Source of the DNA: Bdellovibrionales bacterium
GTDB taxonomy: Bacteria > Bdellovibrionota > Bdellovibrionia > Bdellovibrionales > UBA1609
NCBI GenBank assembly: GCA_965200875.1
Contig: OZ241456.1
Location: forward strand, 224,001 to 288,000
Length of the DNA stretch: 64,000 nt
Direction: 5' to 3'
Shown: positions 60,791 to 64,000 of the stretch, in pieces
Numbering within the stretch: position 1 is the stretch's first letter
Layout: the number at the start of each line of letters is the position of its first letter
Program-made: the position numbers and the translations under genes
Notes under the pieces: generated by a model
What the model saw: only the letters and a program-made list of their open reading frames with translations
What the model was told of the DNA's origin: nothing
The model's database searches: none

Positions 60791-60909
60791 AGAAATATAT
60801 AAACATTGATTTAAGCTGAACCTATTTAGGAAAAGGTTTAGCTTTCAAAAGCAATTTTATCTTGGACAAAATATAAATCCAAGAAACATGTTTACAAAGG
60901 AGATTTTTC

Positions 60910-61428
60910 GTGAAAGCACAAAAATGTGAACCCAACTCTCCTCTTGTAAAGTCCATTGTAAACTTTATATCCCAAAGTCGAGGGCTGAGCTTTCTGGAAA
61001 GCAGTTCAGATGAATTAATTATCTGCCAGAGTGTGGACGGAAAATATTTAAAAGTAAATACAAATACTATTACTGAGGTCTTGTCTCGCAAGGATTCCAA
61101 AAAAGATCTGTTTTTACAGGTAAATTTCTCAAATGGAAAAAAAGTGATTTTGACAGACAACTTGATTGGATTCAAACCCGCTATTTATTCTGATCTGGAT
61201 ATGAATCGTTTGCCAAAGGTGGTAACCACACCGGACTTAATCAGCTTTATTGAAGTGTTGGAGGACTCTTTGTATGATACAGAAGTCAGTATGGATGAAA
61301 TTGAAGATGTAAAGCAATATTTTGAATCTGTTCTTATGGGAGCGGAAGCCATTGGTTTCAATTTAATCTGTGAAAAAATATGGATAGCGCGCCTTTTAAA
61401 CCATCAGATATCCACAGGCAATGCCTGA
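60910..61428 (+). CDS. Hypothetical cytoplasmic protein
   Basis: SD AAGGAG + GTG start; 172-aa frame; no family assigned. Confidence 0.75.
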   Translation: MKAQKCEPNSPLVKSIVNFISQSRGLSFLESSSDELIICQSVDGKYLKVNTNTITEVLSRKDSKKDLFLQVNFSNGKKVILTDNLIGFKPAIYSDLDMNRLPKVVTTPDLISFIEVLEDSLYDTEVSMDEIEDVKQYFESVLMGAEAIGFNLICEKIWIARLLNHQISTGNA

Positions 61429-61498
61429 TTATTCTTATCACCCACAAAAAATCCTCTTGATTTTTTAAAGAAATACAATACAAAATACCTGAAAGGGG

Positions 61499-61574
61499 GG
61501 GGGTGTAGCTCAGCTGGGAGAGCATCCGATTTGCATTCGGAAGGTCGCAGGTTCAATCCCTGTCACCTCCACCA
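61499..61574 (+). tRNA. tRNA-Ala(TGC)
   Basis: 76-nt cloverleaf: GGGGGTG/CACCTCC acceptor with G3:U70, anticodon stem TCCGA/TCGGA, loop TTTGCAT, TTCAATC T-loop, encoded CCA. Confidence 0.97.
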
Positions 61575-61647
61575 TTATTGATTTTGATAACAGAACTTAA
61601 AAAAAGAGATACAGACAAGGTTTTGGATATAAAAAAGAGGATCACTT

Positions 61648-62178
61648 ATGGACAAACAAAACCAATATATAAAATCAATGGAATTTTGCCAAGCTACTAT
61701 TAAAAGAATGGCTGATAATTCTTTCCGTTTGAAACAATGGTTTCTTTTAGCTGTAACCGCAATGTTCACTGTCTTTTCCAAAATTATCTTTTCTGAAAAT
61801 CAAGAATTTCATATAGACAGTCTCTTTCTTCTGGCTCCCTTGGTTATCTTCCCTTATCTGGATGCTTATTACTTGCAACAGGAAAGGCTTTTCAGAGAGA
61901 TTTACAATGATTTTATGAATTGTATAAACAACAATGAATCAAAAAGAAAACCCTTTGATATGAAACCCACAAAGGAGCAAAGAGTGAAATTTTCTATATG
62001 GAATGTGATTTTTTCGATCAGTGTAGCTCCATTTTATTTCATTATTATTTGTGTCTTGCAAGGGTTTATTGTTTATCGATCTTCTATTGACAACCCTTGG
62101 TTTTGGATGGGTGTTTTGCCGATTTTATTGATTATCTTGGGATTGATTTTTAAGAAAAAAACTTCACACCAAAAATAA
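61648..62178 (+). CDS. Multi-TM hypothetical protein (RMAxNSFxxKxW / LDAYYLxQERxFR type), candidate defence effector
   Basis: About 4 hydrophobic segments and the stated motifs; first gene after tRNA-Ala, near TIR genes. Confidence 0.7.
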   Translation: MDKQNQYIKSMEFCQATIKRMADNSFRLKQWFLLAVTAMFTVFSKIIFSENQEFHIDSLFLLAPLVIFPYLDAYYLQQERLFREIYNDFMNCINNNESKRKPFDMKPTKEQRVKFSIWNVIFSISVAPFYFIIICVLQGFIVYRSSIDNPWFWMGVLPILLIILGLIFKKKTSHQK

Positions 62179-62206
62179 GAATCAGTTGGTCCTGAATAAG
62201 AAGATA

Positions 62207-62313
62207 TGGATGACCAACCTTTCCTGGGGCTGGTTACCCTAATATGTGAAGTTATCCTTCTTATAAGGTATAAGGAGGGTTAATAAAACTTTTAACATAA
62301 AGGAGGTCATCCA
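62207..62313 (+). ncRNA. Structured left non-coding end of IS110 (candidate bridge/seek RNA)
   Basis: Nested stems: tggatgacc/ggtcatcca, ccttt/aaagg, tatgt/acata, aagtt/aactt, tccttcttata/tataaggaggg. Confidence 0.55.
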
Positions 62314-62793
62314 ATGAAAAAGAACATACTCCATGTCGGGCTTGATGTCGATGATAAAGCCTTTCATGGCACAGCTTTTTACTCAAAAACAGGGGAAATA
62401 TTTGAATTTTCCTGCCGACCCAATAATGCCTGTTTGCTGAAAAAACTGCAAACTCTCCAAAAAAAGGGCTTTAAACTCCATACTTGCTATGAAGCCACAT
62501 ACATCGGATACAGCCTGCACCGCTTTTTAATGAGTAAAGGCATTCAAAATAGCATCATTGCTCCATCTTTGATCCCAAAAAACCCAGGAAAATGTGTTAA
62601 AACTGATCGCATAGACAGTAAAAATCTGGCCATTTATTTCTCCAAAGAACTTCTTACAGCCATATGTGTACCAGACAAGAGTGATGAAGAGGTCCGGGAT
62701 GTTATCCGTTCCAGAAGCTTTTTAGTTCGTTTAGTGGACAAGTACTTTTTCACAGACACATTTTGCAAGAAAACAATCAATTATAGACTTTGA
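62314..62793 (+). pseudogene. IS110-family transposase, truncated (N-terminal DEDD domain only)
   Basis: VGLDV (D11), CYEA (E60), KTDRID (D98/D101), APSLIP, E.VRD..R.R; similarity appears to end near residue 139 and the C-terminal domain is absent. Confidence 0.88.
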
Positions 62794-62794
62794 T

Positions 62795-63304
62795 TCAATT
62801 TCCGGCATTTCTTGCCGCTTCCTCAATCCAACTCCCTATATTATGATAGCCATTATCATTAACCCAATCATAGGTTTTGTAAATATAGTCATATCCATTA
62901 TGTAATTGAGATAAAGGTGTATTTCTTCCATTGTTATTAACTGTTAAAACATCCAATGGATTTTGTCCTAGACAATCAGTAACCTCATCTTTATTTTTTA
63001 TATTATGAATATGGATGCCTAAGATACCTTTTCCTTCTGCATAACTCTTTTGAATTTCATATTTAACATATTCTCTTGTGCTGGTTTTCGCTCCAATTAG
63101 AACTACAGTTACAGAAGTTCCTTTCATTTCTCTGTTGATCCAATTTTTTATAGCTTGATCTCCTTGTTTTTTTACTGACTCCCAACTTGCATCATCCCAA
63201 AATCCGGCTGTTGTATTTCCTTGAGTAATCCATGAGTTTCTGACCTAGCTTACTCGCCAATTATCTCTTTGATAATGAAAACTGAAAAAAACATGCCTAG
63301 CCAT
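62795..63304 (-). pseudogene. TIR-domain (ThsB/MTH538-like) gene with in-frame TAG at codon 20
   Basis: Manual translation from ATG 63304: MARHVFFSFHYQRDNWRVS*VRNSWITQG...WESVKKQGDQAIKNWINREMKGTSVTVVLIG...YVKYEI; the ORF track only shows the part from 63127. Confidence 0.88.
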
Positions 63305-63315
63305 AAAACTATCTC

Positions 63316-63690
63316 CTATTGAAAAATCTTTTTTAAATTTTCCCAACTCCAGCTGTAAAGCCGTCCGGCATCAGGGACTCGCTTATAATTTTCATCATTC
63401 CGGCCAATAATCTGAGCAATGTTTTTATTATTCTTTCTGGCCATATAAACCTCTTTTAAAACTCCAGGGGCTTTGTGGGTTTTTTCACCAAGAACCACCA
63501 AAACAACATCCACGCTTTTTATTCGATTTTCTGCTTCTTCTTCCCAATTTCTTTCCGGGGCGGCTTCTTTCATTGAACAATCTGTCACTTCAAAAGGAGA
63601 GTCTGGATTTTTGGATTGTCCAATAATAAGGTCCTTTAAGTATTTGTCATTATCAAAGTCAAAGCTGATAAATACACGGGTTTTATTCAT
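63316..63690 (-). CDS. TIR-domain protein (ThsB/MTH538 DUF1863-like)
   Basis: RVFISFDFDND, W....ENRIKSVDVVLVVLGEKT, GVLKEV putative catalytic Glu, WSWENL. Confidence 0.88.
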   Translation of the reverse strand: MNKTRVFISFDFDNDKYLKDLIIGQSKNPDSPFEVTDCSMKEAAPERNWEEEAENRIKSVDVVLVVLGEKTHKAPGVLKEVYMARKNNKNIAQIIGRNDENYKRVPDAGRLYSWSWENLKKIFQ

Positions 63691-64000
63691 CTTCAGAAAA
63701 ACCTCTTTGCTTTAATTCTGTTAAAAGATTTTCACTGTATCTTCTGTCTTCAAAATATTTCTTATCTCTTTCCATTTCTTCGTTAGGTAAGTTATTTAGT
63801 GCTTTTTCTACATCAAATATTGGCAAACCTTCTAAAAATGAAATTCCCAGTCTGACATTTTTTGGATATGTTTTATAAAACCTTTTTTCCATAGATACCG
63901 CTTTATTTCCTTGTTTTTCTTCTAGTATAATTGTGGGAATATCCATAAAATGGTCCCGGTGTTTTCGGTCCTCCGGGATGTTGATTTTTCTTGGTGTTTT
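63683..64000 (-). CDS. C-terminal part of an unidentified protein (gene runs beyond the window)
   Basis: Frame is open to base 64000 (KTPRKINIPEDRKHRDHF-MDIP...); stop overlaps the TIR start by 8 nt (ATGAATAA). Confidence 0.7.
   Translation of the reverse strand, partial: KTPRKINIPEDRKHRDHFMDIPTIILEEKQGNKAVSMEKRFYKTYPKNVRLGISFLEGLPIFDVEKALNNLPNEEMERDKKYFEDRRYSENLLTELKQRGFSEDE

Noticed and set aside
59714..61576. Shared cctccaccatt at the 3' ends of tmRNA and tRNA-Ala as an attL/attR pair
   Set aside because: Both are complete alanine-accepting RNAs, so the shared acceptor end is expected; no integrase lies between them
62179..62793. Active IS110 element
   Set aside because: Transposase lacks the C-terminal domain carrying the catalytic serine and no right end is visible
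63245..63247. Genome-wide TAG reassignment or pyrrolysine as the reason for the TIR stop
   Set aside because: TAG ends conserved genes here (tsf, dppC) at expected positions and no pyl genes are visible
1..64000. CRISPR array or cas genes
   Set aside because: No regularly spaced repeat-spacer series seen; the repeats found are two-copy only

Overview
This is an AT-rich bacterial chromosome segment, most likely from a Bdellovibrionota (Bdellovibrionales-like) organism. That assignment is inferred from the dnaX-recR-mglA order without mglB, the long RpsB tail, a tmRNA tag starting with GN, and many secreted Cys-rich lipoproteins. About 85-90% is housekeeping: mltG, dppBC-nagZ-tonB, priA, rpsB-tsf-pyrH-frr-uppS-cdsA-rseP-tsaB-rluD, dnaX/recR/mglA, csrA, menB/A/C/E, nth, thiBPQ, transketolase, kamA, uvrD/pcrA, fliL-fliA, mlaEFD, tmRNA and tRNA-Ala. 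The accessory parts are an LRR lipoprotein plus a 1253-aa orphan membrane protein (25.5-31 kb), two paralogous Cys-rich lipoproteins, a second LRR lipoprotein, and a putative anti-phage island directly after tRNA-Ala(TGC) that runs off the window edge. That island has an uncharacterised multi-TM protein, a truncated IS110 with a folded left-end RNA (bridge-RNA candidate), two Thoeris-B-like TIR genes (one with an in-frame TAG), and the tail of an unrecognised partner gene. It is the best candidate for an undescribed system, but it is only partly visible and partly decayed. Other signals: an MglA lacking its catalytic Arg and Gln, an apparently collapsed flagellar cluster with sigma28-like promoters before non-flagellar genes, and an LRR lipoprotein whose signal peptide starts at an ATC codon. 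All calls come from reading motifs by eye; no database searches were run.
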